Below, piece by piece: positions 16,841 through 26,087 of a stretch of 64,000 nucleotides of DNA. The DNA lies in the NCBI GenBank assembly GCA_945868475.1, contig CAMBLM010000005.1, forward strand, positions 102,117-166,116, read 5' to 3'. The first letter of the stretch is position 1, and each line of letters opens with the position of its first letter. Made by a program: the position numbers and the translations under genes. Origin of the DNA: an uncultured Ruminococcus sp. Lineage in GTDB: Bacteria; Bacillota; Clostridia; Oscillospirales; Ruminococcaceae. The notes beneath the pieces are model-generated. The model was not told the origin of the DNA and did not search any database. It was given only the letters and a program-made list of their open reading frames with translations.

Positions 16841-18604
16841 ATGGAAAGCACAAACATCTTGGAGATGGTCTCCGAGAACACCTCGTCGCTGGTATTCGGC
16901 GTCTGGTTTCTTATCGGCGCAGCTCTCGTATTCTTTATGCAGGCAGGCTTCGCAATGGTCGAAACAGGCTTAACAAGAGCGAAGAACGCAGGCAACATCA
17001 TTATGAAAAACCTTATGGACTTCTGTATCGGTACAGTAATGTTCATTCTCATCGGTTTCGGACTTCTCTTCGGCGAAGACCTTGTAGGACTTATCGGCAA
17101 GCCCGGCTTCGACATTATGACACAGTATGAAAACTTCGACTGGTCAAGCTTTGTATTTAACCTTGTATTCTGTGCGACAGCCGCAACTATCGTTTCGGGT
17201 GCTATGGCAGAGAGAACAAAGTTTATTTCCTACTGCATCTATTCGGGTGTTATCAGCGCACTTGTTTACCCGATCGAAGCACATTGGATCTGGGGCGGCG
17301 GCTGGCTCTCACAGATGGGCTTCCACGATTTCGCAGGTTCTACCTGTATCCACATGGTCGGCGGTATCGCAGCATTCATCGGCGCAAAGATCCTCGGACC
17401 CCGTATCGGCAAGTTCAGCACTGACAAGGACGGCAAGGTAACAAAGGTAAACGCTATCCCCGGTCACTCACTTACGATCGGCGCACTCGGCGTATTTATC
17501 CTCTGGTTCGGCTGGTACGGCTTTAACGGTGCAGCAGCAACAAGCATCGATCAGCTCGGTTCTATCTTCCTTACAACAACAGTTGCTCCTGCAGTTGCAA
17601 CAGTTACCTGCATGATCTTTACTTGGGTAAAATACGGCAAGCCTGATGTTTCTATGTGCCTTAACGCATCACTCGCAGGTCTTGTAGGTATCACAGCTCC
17701 CTGTGATACAACGGACTGCATCGGTTCTATCGTAGTTGGTATCGTTTCGGGTCTTCTCGTAGTATTCGGCGTATGGCTCCTTGATAACAAGCTTCACATC
17801 GATGACCCAGTTGGTGCAGTTGCAGTTCACATGATGAACGGTATCTGGGGTACTATCGCAGTTGGACTTTTCTCAAATCCAAAGGTTCCCGGCTATTCCC
17901 TCGCTGACCCTGACGGCAACACACTTGCAGGTCTTTTCTACGGCGGCGGCTTCAAGCTTCTCGGAATCCAGTTCGTTGGACTTTTCGCAGTTGCAGCTTG
18001 GGCAACAGTTACAATGATAATCACATTCTTCATCATCAAGAAAACGATCGGTCTCCGTGCTTCCGTTGAGGAAGAAACAAGAGGTCTTGATATCACAGAA
18101 CACGGTCTTGCTTCCGCTTATGCAGACTTTATGCCTGCTTCAAACTCCGTATTCACAGGCGCAGTTTCCGAAGAAGAACCTGTTGCAGCAGTTCCCGTTA
18201 CTGTTGTTGACCGTCCTCATATCGAGCGCAGCGCAGACAGCAAGAACAAGTACACAAGAATTGCTATCATCTGCAAGCAGAACAAGTTTGAAACGCTCAA
18301 AAATGCTCTCAGTGAGATCGGCGTAACAGGCTTCACAGTAACTCAGGTCCTCGGTTGCGGCACCCAGAAGGGTGCAGGTGAAATGTACCGTGGTGTTCCC
18401 GTTGAAGCAACACTTCTTCCAAAGGTAAAGGTCGAAGTCGTAGTTTCCAAAGTACCTGTTGAAACCGTTGTTGAAACGGCTCGCAAGGCTCTTTACACAG
18501 GTCACATCGGTGACGGTAAGATCTTCGTTTACGATGTTGAGGACGTTATCAGAGTTCGTACAGGCGAAAACGGTTATGACGCTCTTCAGGATTCCGAAGA
18601 CTGA
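16841..18604 (+). CDS. amt: Ammonium transporter (Amt) fused to a C-terminal P-II (GlnB/GlnK) domain
   Basis: 587 aa. The Amt core carries FFMQAGFAMVETG and about 11 TM helices. The last ~115 aa (from about nt 18248) read KYTRIAIICKQNKFETLKNAL..TGFTVTQVLGCGTQKG..EMYRG..GDGKIFVYDVE, which is a P-II fold signature. Confidence 0.9.
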   Translation: MESTNILEMVSENTSSLVFGVWFLIGAALVFFMQAGFAMVETGLTRAKNAGNIIMKNLMDFCIGTVMFILIGFGLLFGEDLVGLIGKPGFDIMTQYENFDWSSFVFNLVFCATAATIVSGAMAERTKFISYCIYSGVISALVYPIEAHWIWGGGWLSQMGFHDFAGSTCIHMVGGIAAFIGAKILGPRIGKFSTDKDGKVTKVNAIPGHSLTIGALGVFILWFGWYGFNGAAATSIDQLGSIFLTTTVAPAVATVTCMIFTWVKYGKPDVSMCLNASLAGLVGITAPCDTTDCIGSIVVGIVSGLLVVFGVWLLDNKLHIDDPVGAVAVHMMNGIWGTIAVGLFSNPKVPGYSLADPDGNTLAGLFYGGGFKLLGIQFVGLFAVAAWATVTMIITFFIIKKTIGLRASVEEETRGLDITEHGLASAYADFMPASNSVFTGAVSEEEPVAAVPVTVVDRPHIERSADSKNKYTRIAIICKQNKFETLKNALSEIGVTGFTVTQVLGCGTQKGAGEMYRGVPVEATLLPKVKVEVVVSKVPVETVVETARKALYTGHIGDGKIFVYDVEDVIRVRTGENGYDALQDSED

Positions 18605-18678
18605 GAAAACAGTACATAATTTTAAAATTTTTCAATTATACACTCCTAAAGTATTATAAATGAACCAAGTGAAAACAG

Positions 18679-18723
18679 CAGCACCGCAGCTTTGGTCGGA
18701 AGATCAAAGCTGCGGTGCTGTTT
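18679..18723 (+). terminator. Intrinsic terminator of amt
   Basis: CAGCACCGCAGCTTTG-loop-CAAAGCTGCGGTGCTG followed by TTT. Confidence 0.7.
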
Positions 18724-18827
18724 AATACTAAACACCAATAAAACTATAGACAAAAAATCGGCGCAAAACCCATATATCAGAGTTTTTGCTTGATTTTTTG
18801 TATAGTTTTTAATTGGTGTTTAGTATA
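18724..18827. mobile_element. Family-A palindromic element (A1 subtype)
   Basis: AATACTAAACACCAATAAAACTATAGACAAAAAATCGGCGCAAAACCCATA ... TTTTTGCTTGATTTTTTGTATAGTTTTTAATTGGTGTTTAGTATA. Confidence 0.8.
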
Positions 18828-18937
18828 ATGCCAAACATCAATAAAACTATGGACAAAAAATCATTGCATGATCGATTTGTGCAAGATCATACTCGATTTT
18901 TTGTTAGTGTATGGTTTTTAATTGGTGTTTGGAATAA
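18828..18937. mobile_element. Family-A palindromic element (divergent A1 copy), in tandem with the previous copy
   Basis: AATGCCAAACATCAATAAAACTATGGACAAAAAATC ... CGATTTTTTGTTAGTGTATGGTTTTTAATTGGTGTTTGGAATA. Confidence 0.7.
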
Positions 18938-18945
18938 TTGTAATT

Positions 18946-19779
18946 TTATTTTTTCTCGTAAATAAGTATCTCAAATGCGATCTCGGTTTCAAGCTGCGAA
19001 AGAGCCTCAACTCGGCGGTGACCCTCTTCGCTCGTCTTATAATAGTAAGGCGTCATCGAGAAAAGATTTTGGATATCTTCGTTGTTGTCAAGCCGTATCT
19101 TCGAGCTTACGGGGATTTTTTCAAGCAGGGTGAAGCCCTCGGGTTCGCTTTCCTTTGGTTCGTTCAGGTAAGGATCATCATAGACAGCCGCTTTGAGCTG
19201 CCAGAGGTGGCGTTCCGCGGGAATTACCATTATAAGAGTGCCGTTTGGTTTGAGTACACGCAGGAATTCCTCGCCGCACCAAGGCGCGAAAAGCGTTGTG
19301 AGCATATCGCACGAACCGCTTTTTACGGGTAAATGAAACACGCTGCTGACCGAGAAAAGCACGTTTGAAATGCCCTCGGCTTTTGCTCTCTTTGCTGCAG
19401 CGTCCGCCGCCGTTTTGGATATGTCCGTTCCCATAAAGAACATTTCGGGAGCTTTTTTTGCGGCTGAAACGGTGTAGATGCCCTCGCCGCAGCCTGCGTC
19501 AAGCACGACGCCTTTTGTGACGGAATATTTTTTCACGAAGTCGGAAAAGGCATTTATAAGAACATCGTAATAGCCTTTGCTGAGAAAATTTTTGCGCGCA
19601 TTTACCATAAGCTTGTTGTCGCCCGGGAGCTTTGTGTTCATCTGCCGGACGAGGAGCAGGTTCACATAGCCGCTTCGGGCGCAGTCATAAACGTGGTTTG
19701 CCGTGCAGCGGAAGCTGCCGCCGTCATGGTGAAGAGGTTCGCCGCATTTCGGGCAGATATATGAGTGAGATTCGTTCAT
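18946..19779 (-). CDS. rlmA: 23S rRNA (guanine745-N1)-methyltransferase RlmA
   Basis: 277 aa with an N-terminal zinc ribbon (CPKCGEPL...CTANHVYDCARSGYVNLL) and the SAM motif LDAGCGEG. Confidence 0.85.
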   Translation of the reverse strand: MNESHSYICPKCGEPLHHDGGSFRCTANHVYDCARSGYVNLLLVRQMNTKLPGDNKLMVNARKNFLSKGYYDVLINAFSDFVKKYSVTKGVVLDAGCGEGIYTVSAAKKAPEMFFMGTDISKTAADAAAKRAKAEGISNVLFSVSSVFHLPVKSGSCDMLTTLFAPWCGEEFLRVLKPNGTLIMVIPAERHLWQLKAAVYDDPYLNEPKESEPEGFTLLEKIPVSSKIRLDNNEDIQNLFSMTPYYYKTSEEGHRRVEALSQLETEIAFEILIYEKK

Positions 19780-19783
19780 TTTC

Positions 19784-21061
19784 TTAGTGTTTTCCTTTCC
19801 GTTCTTCGTGTTTTATCGGCAGTGAAGCCGTAAATATGATCTTGCTGCCGTTTTTGTATTCGGCGGAAATTTTTCCGCCATGTGCTTCGGCAATGGCTTT
19901 CGCAGCGGAAAGACCTATGCCGCTGCCGCCGCTTTTCTGATTGTGCGCGCTGTCGCCCCGATAGAAACGCTCAAAAAGCTGCTCGGGTTTACATTCGGGC
20001 AGGTTTTCACACATGTTTTCCGTCGAAAGCACAGCGTTTTTCCCATTTCTGAAAAGTGAGATCAATATCTCGCTCTCCGAAGCGGAATATTTTACCGCAT
20101 TATCAAGCAATATTGAAACAAGCTGCGAAAAAGTATCACGGTTCACATCGGCAGAGATGCCGCTTTCGATGTTGGTTTCGATAAGCACTGCTTTCTGCGC
20201 GGCGGATTCCATAAAATGCTCAGCTGTATGCGAAACGATATCCGAGATATTTTCCTTTGAAACGGCAAGCTTGAAGCCACTTTCGTCCGCACGGGAAAGT
20301 ATCAGCAGATTTTGCATAAGCTCGCCGAGCCGAAGTGTTTGCTGTTTGATATTCCATGTATATTTTGAGCCGCCGTCGGCGCAGGTGAGTTCGAGTGCTT
20401 CGGTATTGGAAAGGATTATCGCAAGCGGAGTTTTCAGCTCGTGGCCTGCATTCGTGACGAACTGCTTCTGCTTTTCGATGTTCTCCGCAATGGGGCGTAT
20501 CGCTGCTTTTGACAAAAGTACAACTATAAGAAGCATGACCGCCCAGCAGATCAGGCCTATCAGAAGCGAGATAATAAGAACATTTGTAATATTGCGGTTT
20601 TCACGCGAAATATCGAGGAAAAAAGCTGTAGTTTCGCCGTTCTGCGTGTCAACACGGTAGAGGAACGACTTGAATCGTCCCGTATCTTTATTTTTAGCGA
20701 TAACAGTGTCTGCAAAAAGCTTTGCTTCGTCGGAAGTGACGGAGGAGATCCTGTCGACGTCAGTGAAAAGCACATTGCCGTCACTGTCGAGCTTCACCGA
20801 AAAGAATCTTGCCGAAAGTGCGTTGTCCTCGGTTATCGGCGCGGAGAAAAATCTCGGCTTTTCGTTATTTTGCGGAAGAAATGGGGGAGGATCGCCGTCT
20901 TTTCGGCTTGCATCCGTAAAACAGCGTTCAAGCATACGCTCCGATTCGCCGTGCGTGATGAAAATGTTGAATCCGTTGAGCGCACCGAGCAGAACGGCAA
21001 GAAGTATCGTTATCGCCGTCATTGAAGTGAGGATAAAACGTTTTTGGATCGACTTTATCAT
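19784..21061 (-). CDS. Two-component sensor histidine kinase
   Basis: 425 aa with two TM helices, the H-box AGHELKTPLA and the G-box GGSGIGLSAAKAIAEAHGG. Confidence 0.85.
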   Translation of the reverse strand: MIKSIQKRFILTSMTAITILLAVLLGALNGFNIFITHGESERMLERCFTDASRKDGDPPPFLPQNNEKPRFFSAPITEDNALSARFFSVKLDSDGNVLFTDVDRISSVTSDEAKLFADTVIAKNKDTGRFKSFLYRVDTQNGETTAFFLDISRENRNITNVLIISLLIGLICWAVMLLIVVLLSKAAIRPIAENIEKQKQFVTNAGHELKTPLAIILSNTEALELTCADGGSKYTWNIKQQTLRLGELMQNLLILSRADESGFKLAVSKENISDIVSHTAEHFMESAAQKAVLIETNIESGISADVNRDTFSQLVSILLDNAVKYSASESEILISLFRNGKNAVLSTENMCENLPECKPEQLFERFYRGDSAHNQKSGGSGIGLSAAKAIAEAHGGKISAEYKNGSKIIFTASLPIKHEERKGKH

Positions 21062-21732
21062 TTTATCTCCTCCAGCGTATAGCCTGTTCCGCGTTTGATC
21101 TTTATTTCAGCATTCGCTCTGAGGGCGGTAAGCCTTTTGCGCAGGTAGGAAATATAGACCCAGACAGCACCTATCTCCGCATCGGAATCATAGCCCCATA
21201 CCTTTGCCATAAGTTCATCGGACGAAAGATATATGCCCTGATTGAGCATAAGCTGTTCCATAAGGCGGTATTCAAGACGGGGGAGGGTGAACGACTGATC
21301 TCCGCAGGAAAGCTGCGATGACTGCATGTTGAGCGAAAGGTTTCCGCAGGTTAGGATATCGGGTGTAAATTCCTCACGGCGGCGAAGCATAGCGCGGATA
21401 CGTGCAAGCAGTTCGCCCATTTCAAACGGCTTCGGGACGTAATCGTCCGCACCTGCGTCAAGTCCCTCGATCTTGTCCTCGACCTGAGATTTTGCGGTGA
21501 GAAGAAGTATCGGCGTTCGGCAGCCTTTTTTTCTAAGCTCGCGCAGGGCGTCAATACCGCTCATTTCGGGCATCATTATATCGAGTATGATCCCGTCATA
21601 GTTGTCTGCAAGGGCATAGTCGAGCGCATCTTTTCCGTTGTAGACGGCATCGACAATGTATTTGTGATAGGTGAGTATATCGGTAACAGCTTCGGACATA
21701 GCCTGCTCGTCTTCGGCGTATAGAAGCTTCAT
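21058..21732 (-). CDS. OmpR-family response regulator
   Basis: 224 aa with a receiver domain (ILDIMMPEMSG) and a winged-helix output domain (YISYLRKRL). It overlaps the kinase gene by 4 nt. Confidence 0.9.
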   Translation of the reverse strand: MKLLYAEDEQAMSEAVTDILTYHKYIVDAVYNGKDALDYALADNYDGIILDIMMPEMSGIDALRELRKKGCRTPILLLTAKSQVEDKIEGLDAGADDYVPKPFEMGELLARIRAMLRRREEFTPDILTCGNLSLNMQSSQLSCGDQSFTLPRLEYRLMEQLMLNQGIYLSSDELMAKVWGYDSDAEIGAVWVYISYLRKRLTALRANAEIKIKRGTGYTLEEIK

Positions 21733-21876
21733 TTTTCATCATCTCCCAAAAACAATTATAAGCGCATTTCCTTAATTATACCTTAAAATTGGGATTTTTT
21801 CAAGGTTTAAACAGTAAAAAAGGGTATAGAATATATACAGCAAAAAGAGGTATAAAATAAATCTTCGCATATCGCC

Positions 21877-21905
21877 TTGACATTTGAATATATCCTATGT
21901 ACAAT
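21877..21905 (+). promoter_or_regulatory. Sigma-A-type promoter of the 63-aa ORF
   Basis: TTGACA, 17-nt spacer, TACAAT. Confidence 0.55.
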
Positions 21906-21925
21906 AATAAAGGAGGTCGGTGTAA

Positions 21926-22117
21926 ATGACAAATGAGGAAATGCTGTTGAAAATACTTGAAGGTCAAGAAGAAATACATAAACTCCTTTATGATATGGAA
22001 AAACGTCTTGATAGAATGGAAATTAATATTGACGAAATAGAAAGTAAAGTCAAGATAACACGAAATGCTGTTAATTATATTGGTGATATATCGAAACAAG
22101 CGTTGTCAAAGCAATAA
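21926..22117 (+). CDS. Small coiled-coil protein of unknown function
   Basis: 63-aa ORF with its own promoter, an AAAGGAGG RBS and a terminator. Heptad-like sequence: LLKILEGQEEIHKLLYDMEKRLDRMEINIDEIESKV. Confidence 0.5.
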   Translation: MTNEEMLLKILEGQEEIHKLLYDMEKRLDRMEINIDEIESKVKITRNAVNYIGDISKQALSKQ

Positions 22118-22120
22118 AAT

Positions 22121-22158
22121 AAAGCCTGTCAATGAAGTGTGTCACTGACAGGCTTTTT
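22121..22158. terminator. Bidirectional terminator between the small ORF and rubrerythrin
   Basis: AAAGCCTGTCA-loop-TGACAGGCTTTTT. Confidence 0.7.
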
Positions 22159-22171
22159 GCTACTCAAATTT

Positions 22172-22717
22172 TTAATAATTCTCGTTTCTGACTTCAAAGT
22201 AGGACTGTGGGTGATTGCATACGGGGCATACTGTCGGTGCGGAAGTGCCGATAACGATATGTCCGCAGTTGCGGCATTCCCATACCGTTACGCCGCTCTT
22301 TTCAAATACTGCCTTTTCTTCGACATTTTTGAGGAGTGCTCTGTAGCGTTCTTCGTGTGCCTTTTCGATAGCACCTACGCCTCTGAACTTTTCTGCGAGG
22401 TCGTGGAAGCCCTCTTCATCGGCTTCCTTAGCCATACGGTCGTACATATCCGTCCACTCGAAATTTTCGCCCTCTGCTGCGCTCCTGAGGTTCTCCTCAG
22501 TCGTGCCGAGTTCGCCGAGAGCCTTGAACCACATCTTTGCGTGTTCCTTTTCGTTTTCCGCTGTCTTTAAGAAAAGTGCTGCTATCTGCTCATAGCCTGC
22601 TTTCTTTGCAACAGATGCGAAGTATGTATATTTGTTTCTTGCCTGAGATTCACCTGCGAATGCTTCACGGAGATTCTGTTCGGTCTTTGTGCCTGCGTAT
22701 GGATTTTTCGTACTCAT
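22172..22717 (-). CDS. rbr: Rubrerythrin
   Basis: 181 aa with a ferritin-like diiron domain ([17 protein letters not shown]) and a C-terminal rubredoxin (CRNCGH...CPVC). Confidence 0.95.
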   Translation of the reverse strand: MSTKNPYAGTKTEQNLREAFAGESQARNKYTYFASVAKKAGYEQIAALFLKTAENEKEHAKMWFKALGELGTTEENLRSAAEGENFEWTDMYDRMAKEADEEGFHDLAEKFRGVGAIEKAHEERYRALLKNVEEKAVFEKSGVTVWECRNCGHIVIGTSAPTVCPVCNHPQSYFEVRNENY

Positions 22718-22832
22718 GATATTTTCCTCCCATTATTGCGCAAAATTTTGGAAAGCAAAACTCTTTCCGAACTTTTGAATTTCATTTATTATAGCACTGT
22801 GGGCAGGTAATGTCAATTACTTAAAAAAAATT

Positions 22833-24716
22833 TTACAGTTTTGAAACTCTTAACGCACGAATAGCATTGAGGACTGCAATTATCATTACACCAACATCGG
22901 CGAAGATGGCAAGCCACATATTTGCGATACCGACAGCAGTGAGTGCAAGGCAGGCAAACTTTATAACGAGTGAGAAAATAATATTCTGATATACGATGCC
23001 GATGCATTTTCTCGAGATCTTGATAGCCTTTGCGATCTTGAGCGGATCATCGTCCATAAGTACGATGTCAGCGGCTTCGATAGCTGCGTCCGAACCCATT
23101 GCGCCCATTGCGATTCCGATATCTGCTCTCATAAGAACGGGTGCATCGTTGATGCCGTCACCGACAAACGCAAGCTTTTCTTTTTCGCCCTTTTGTTTGA
23201 GAAGCTCTTCTACCTTTGAAACCTTATCGGCAGGGAGAAGATCGCTGTGGAATTCGTCAACGCCGAGCGATTTTGCAGCCTTTTCAGCAGCATTTTTGCG
23301 GTCGCCTGTGAGCATAATGGTTTTCTTTATGCCGAGCTTTTTAAGAGCGGCGATGGCTTCGGCAGAGTGCGGTTTTTCACGGTCGGAAATGACGATATGA
23401 CCTGCATATTTGTCATTCACCGCAACGTGAAGTATCGTTCCGACGCTGTGACATTCCATATATTCAATGCCAAGCTTTTTCATAAGCTTGATGTTGCCGA
23501 CAGCGACTTTATCGCCGTCAACTACAGCAGTGATACCACAGCCGCTTATTTCTTCGATGTCGGTAACTCTGTTTCTGTCAAGTTCTTTTCCATAAGCTTT
23601 CTGGAGGCTCTTGCTGATAGGGTGCGAAGAAGAACATTCCGCAAGTGCCGCATATTCGAGAAGCTTTGCTTTGTCGATAGTGTTATGGTGATAATCGGTC
23701 ACTTCAAAAACGCCCTCAGTAAGAGTACCCGTTTTATCGAAAACAAGGTATTTTGTCTGTGAGAGTGCTTCAAGGTAGTTTGAACCCTTGATAAGTATGC
23801 CCTCGTGGCTTGAACCGCCTATTCCTGCGAAGAAGCTCAAAGGAATACAGATAACGAGTGCGCACGGGCAGCTTACAACGAGGAATGTGAGCGCTCTGTA
23901 GAGCCATTCCGACCAGTTTGAGCCGCTGCCTGAGATAAGTCCGATCACCGGAGGTATCACTGCGAGCGCGAGTGCGCCGAAGCATACCGCAGGAGTGTAT
24001 ATCTTTGCAAAACGGGAGATGAATTCTTCTGATCTTGACTTGTTGGAGCTTGAATTTTCCACGAGGTCAAGTATCTTTGAAACGGTGGATTCGCCGAATT
24101 CCTTTGTCGTCTGTATTTTCAGAACGCCCGAAAGGTTGATGCAGCCGCTGACTACCTCATCGCCCTCGTGAACGTCACGCGGAACGCTTTCGCCCGTGAG
24201 CGCACTTGTGTTGAGGCTGGAGCTGCCCTCGTGTACAACGCCGTCTATCGGGACTTTTTCACCCGGCTGAACAACGATGATGCTTCCGACAGCTACTTCA
24301 TCGGGGGAAACCTGTTCAAGCTTTCCGTCCTGCTCGATGTTCGCATAGTCGGGACGGATATCCATAAGTTCGGAGATATTTTTGCGGCTCTTGCCGACAG
24401 CAATGCTCTGGAAAAGTTCGCCCGTCTGGTAAAAGACCATTACGGAGAGTGCTTCGGCATAGTCGCCGCTCTTTGTGTAGATGGCAAGTGCAAATGCGCC
24501 GACAGTCGCTACCGCCATAAGGAAATTTTCATCGAACGGTCTGCCGTTTTTTATTCCGAGAAAAGCTTTGCGCAGGATATCATATCCGATAAGTATATAC
24601 GCTGCGAAGTACAGCAGAAATCTGACAACGCCCTGGACGGGGAGAAAATGATAAATGACCAGCAATGCTGCGCATATGATTATTCTGGCGAGCATTATCT
24701 TTTGTTTCTTTTTCAT
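22833..24716 (-). CDS. cadA: Heavy-metal (Cd/Zn/Co-type) translocating P1B-ATPase lacking a fused HMA domain
   Basis: 627 aa with the CPC transmembrane motif (VSCPCALV), DKTGTLT and GDGINDAP. Confidence 0.9.
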   Translation of the reverse strand: MKKKQKIMLARIIICAALLVIYHFLPVQGVVRFLLYFAAYILIGYDILRKAFLGIKNGRPFDENFLMAVATVGAFALAIYTKSGDYAEALSVMVFYQTGELFQSIAVGKSRKNISELMDIRPDYANIEQDGKLEQVSPDEVAVGSIIVVQPGEKVPIDGVVHEGSSSLNTSALTGESVPRDVHEGDEVVSGCINLSGVLKIQTTKEFGESTVSKILDLVENSSSNKSRSEEFISRFAKIYTPAVCFGALALAVIPPVIGLISGSGSNWSEWLYRALTFLVVSCPCALVICIPLSFFAGIGGSSHEGILIKGSNYLEALSQTKYLVFDKTGTLTEGVFEVTDYHHNTIDKAKLLEYAALAECSSSHPISKSLQKAYGKELDRNRVTDIEEISGCGITAVVDGDKVAVGNIKLMKKLGIEYMECHSVGTILHVAVNDKYAGHIVISDREKPHSAEAIAALKKLGIKKTIMLTGDRKNAAEKAAKSLGVDEFHSDLLPADKVSKVEELLKQKGEKEKLAFVGDGINDAPVLMRADIGIAMGAMGSDAAIEAADIVLMDDDPLKIAKAIKISRKCIGIVYQNIIFSLVIKFACLALTAVGIANMWLAIFADVGVMIIAVLNAIRALRVSKL

Positions 24717-24762
24717 AGCAAGCTCCGCGCTTCAAAGTAAAGCGGAATTCCTCCCTTTTTTA

Positions 24763-24981
24763 TCATATTTCTATCTCGCAGTCGGGTTCAACCTTTTTGC
24801 AAGCCTTGAGTACAGCCTTCATAACAGTCTTGGGGTCGCTGCCCTCAGCAAAATCAACGGTCATCTTCTGTGTCATAAAATTAACGGCAGCCTTTGCAAC
24901 GCCCTCAACTTTGTTTGCAGCTTCTTCCATAAGGTTTGCACAGTTAGCGCAGTCAACTTCGATCTCGTATGTTTTTTTCAT
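24763..24981 (-). CDS. Stand-alone heavy-metal-associated (HMA) domain protein
   Basis: 72 aa counted from the second ATG, which has an AAAGGA RBS. Motifs: EVDCANCA and a ferredoxin-like fold pattern. It lies upstream of cadA. Confidence 0.75.
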   Translation of the reverse strand: MKKTYEIEVDCANCANLMEEAANKVEGVAKAAVNFMTQKMTVDFAEGSDPKTVMKAVLKACKKVEPDCEIEI

Positions 24982-25031
24982 AAAATTATATCCTTTCAAA
25001 ATATTCTCTTAACGTTCGCTCGATTAAGTAA

Positions 25032-25081
25032 TTGACGAATCGTTCTGTTTGTAGTATAATATATTCGGAAAGTATAGTCAA
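25032..25081. promoter_or_regulatory. Divergent face-to-face promoters with overlapping -10 boxes (regulator on +, HMA-cadA on -)
   Basis: Plus strand: TTGACG-17-TATAAT (25032-25060). Minus strand: TTGACT-17-TATACT (25081-25053). Confidence 0.45.
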
Positions 25082-25179
25082 CCGAAAAGGTGTGTTTATT
25101 ACTTCTCGGGCGAAATTAATTTCCATTCGGAACAAAGAAAACAATGCCGTTTTGACGAATAAAAAAGGAGGAAAGCTTT

Positions 25180-25914
25180 ATGTCGGAATTTGAACTGCCG
25201 CATTTTCACGATGAAAACGAATCTGCCGAAAGGCTGTGTTCGCATATCGGAGTAACTGAGGGCTTCAGCGAAGTTGCAGACGTTTTTTCGCAGCTTTCCG
25301 ATATAACGAGAGTGAGGATATTCTGGCTTTTGTGCCACTGCGAGGAGTGTGTGATGAACATTTCGGCAATGGTCGGAATGTCAAGCCCTGCCGTTTCGCA
25401 TCATTTGAAATGCCTGAAGCAGAGCGGACTGCTTGTCTGCCGCCGAAGCAACAAAGAGGTCTACTACAAAGCAGCTGACAGCGAAGAATGTCGGCTTCTT
25501 CACATAATGATAGAAAAAATGCTCGAGATGAAATGTCCCGATGAGCTGTCCGATGATGGGTGTGCGCACAACGAAGAGTGCGGAGGCTTCACCGAGGAGC
25601 AGGTCGAGATAGCACACAAGGTACATGAATATCTGACGGCGCACATAAACGAACGTCACACGATCGAGTCGCTTTCACGCAAATTCCTTATCAATCAGAC
25701 AACGCTCAAAAATGTGTTCCGTGCGGTTTACGGGAACTCGGTTGCTTCGCACATAAAGGAGCATCGGATGGAGGCGGCGGCAAAGCTTCTTTCTGAGGGA
25801 AAACTCTCCATTGCGGAGGTTTCGGGGCGCGTTGGCTACGAGAGTCAGAGCAAGTTCACTGCGGCGTTCAAGGCGGCTTACGGTGTTTTGCCTACCGAAT
25901 ACAAGAACAAATGA
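25180..25914 (+). CDS. ArsR/SmtB-type metal sensor HTH fused to an AraC-type HTH domain
   Basis: 244 aa. The N-terminus reads LSDITRVRIFWLLCHCEECVMNISAMVGMSSPAVSHHLKCLKQSGLL (ArsR). A Cys-rich linker follows. The C-terminus reads HTIESLSRKFLINQTTLKNVFR...IAEVSGRVGYESQSKFTAAFK (AraC HTH_18). Confidence 0.8.
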   Translation: MSEFELPHFHDENESAERLCSHIGVTEGFSEVADVFSQLSDITRVRIFWLLCHCEECVMNISAMVGMSSPAVSHHLKCLKQSGLLVCRRSNKEVYYKAADSEECRLLHIMIEKMLEMKCPDELSDDGCAHNEECGGFTEEQVEIAHKVHEYLTAHINERHTIESLSRKFLINQTTLKNVFRAVYGNSVASHIKEHRMEAAAKLLSEGKLSIAEVSGRVGYESQSKFTAAFKAAYGVLPTEYKNK

Positions 25915-25933
25915 TGGGCTTTGTGCCAAACAA

Positions 25934-25983
25934 AAAAGCATCTGAACAGGTTACGTTATTGTGCCTGTTCAGATGCTTTTATT
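25934..25983 (+). terminator. Intrinsic terminator
   Basis: AAAAGCATCTGAACAGG-loop-CCTGTTCAGATGCTTTT. Confidence 0.75.
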
Positions 25984-26087
25984 ATTATACCAAACACTAT
26001 TTAAAATTTGGAAAAATCAAGCCGATGATCTCGCATATATAGGGTTTCGGCGCAGATTTTTTCTGTATTTTATTGGTTTTTAGTATT
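25984..26087. mobile_element. Family-A palindromic element (hybrid arms, inverted orientation)
   Basis: The reverse complement reads AATACTAAAAACCAATAAAATACAGAAAAAATCTGCGCCGAAACCCTATA ... GGCTTGATTTTTCCAAATTTTAAATAGTGTTTGGTATAAT. It overlaps the last 5 codons and stop of the 26070 gene. Confidence 0.7.

Noticed and set aside
25063-25090. ArsR-type operator (TTCGG-N13-CCGAA) between the divergent cad promoters.
   Set aside because: It has only 5-bp arms with non-standard spacing, which is not distinguishable from chance without binding data.
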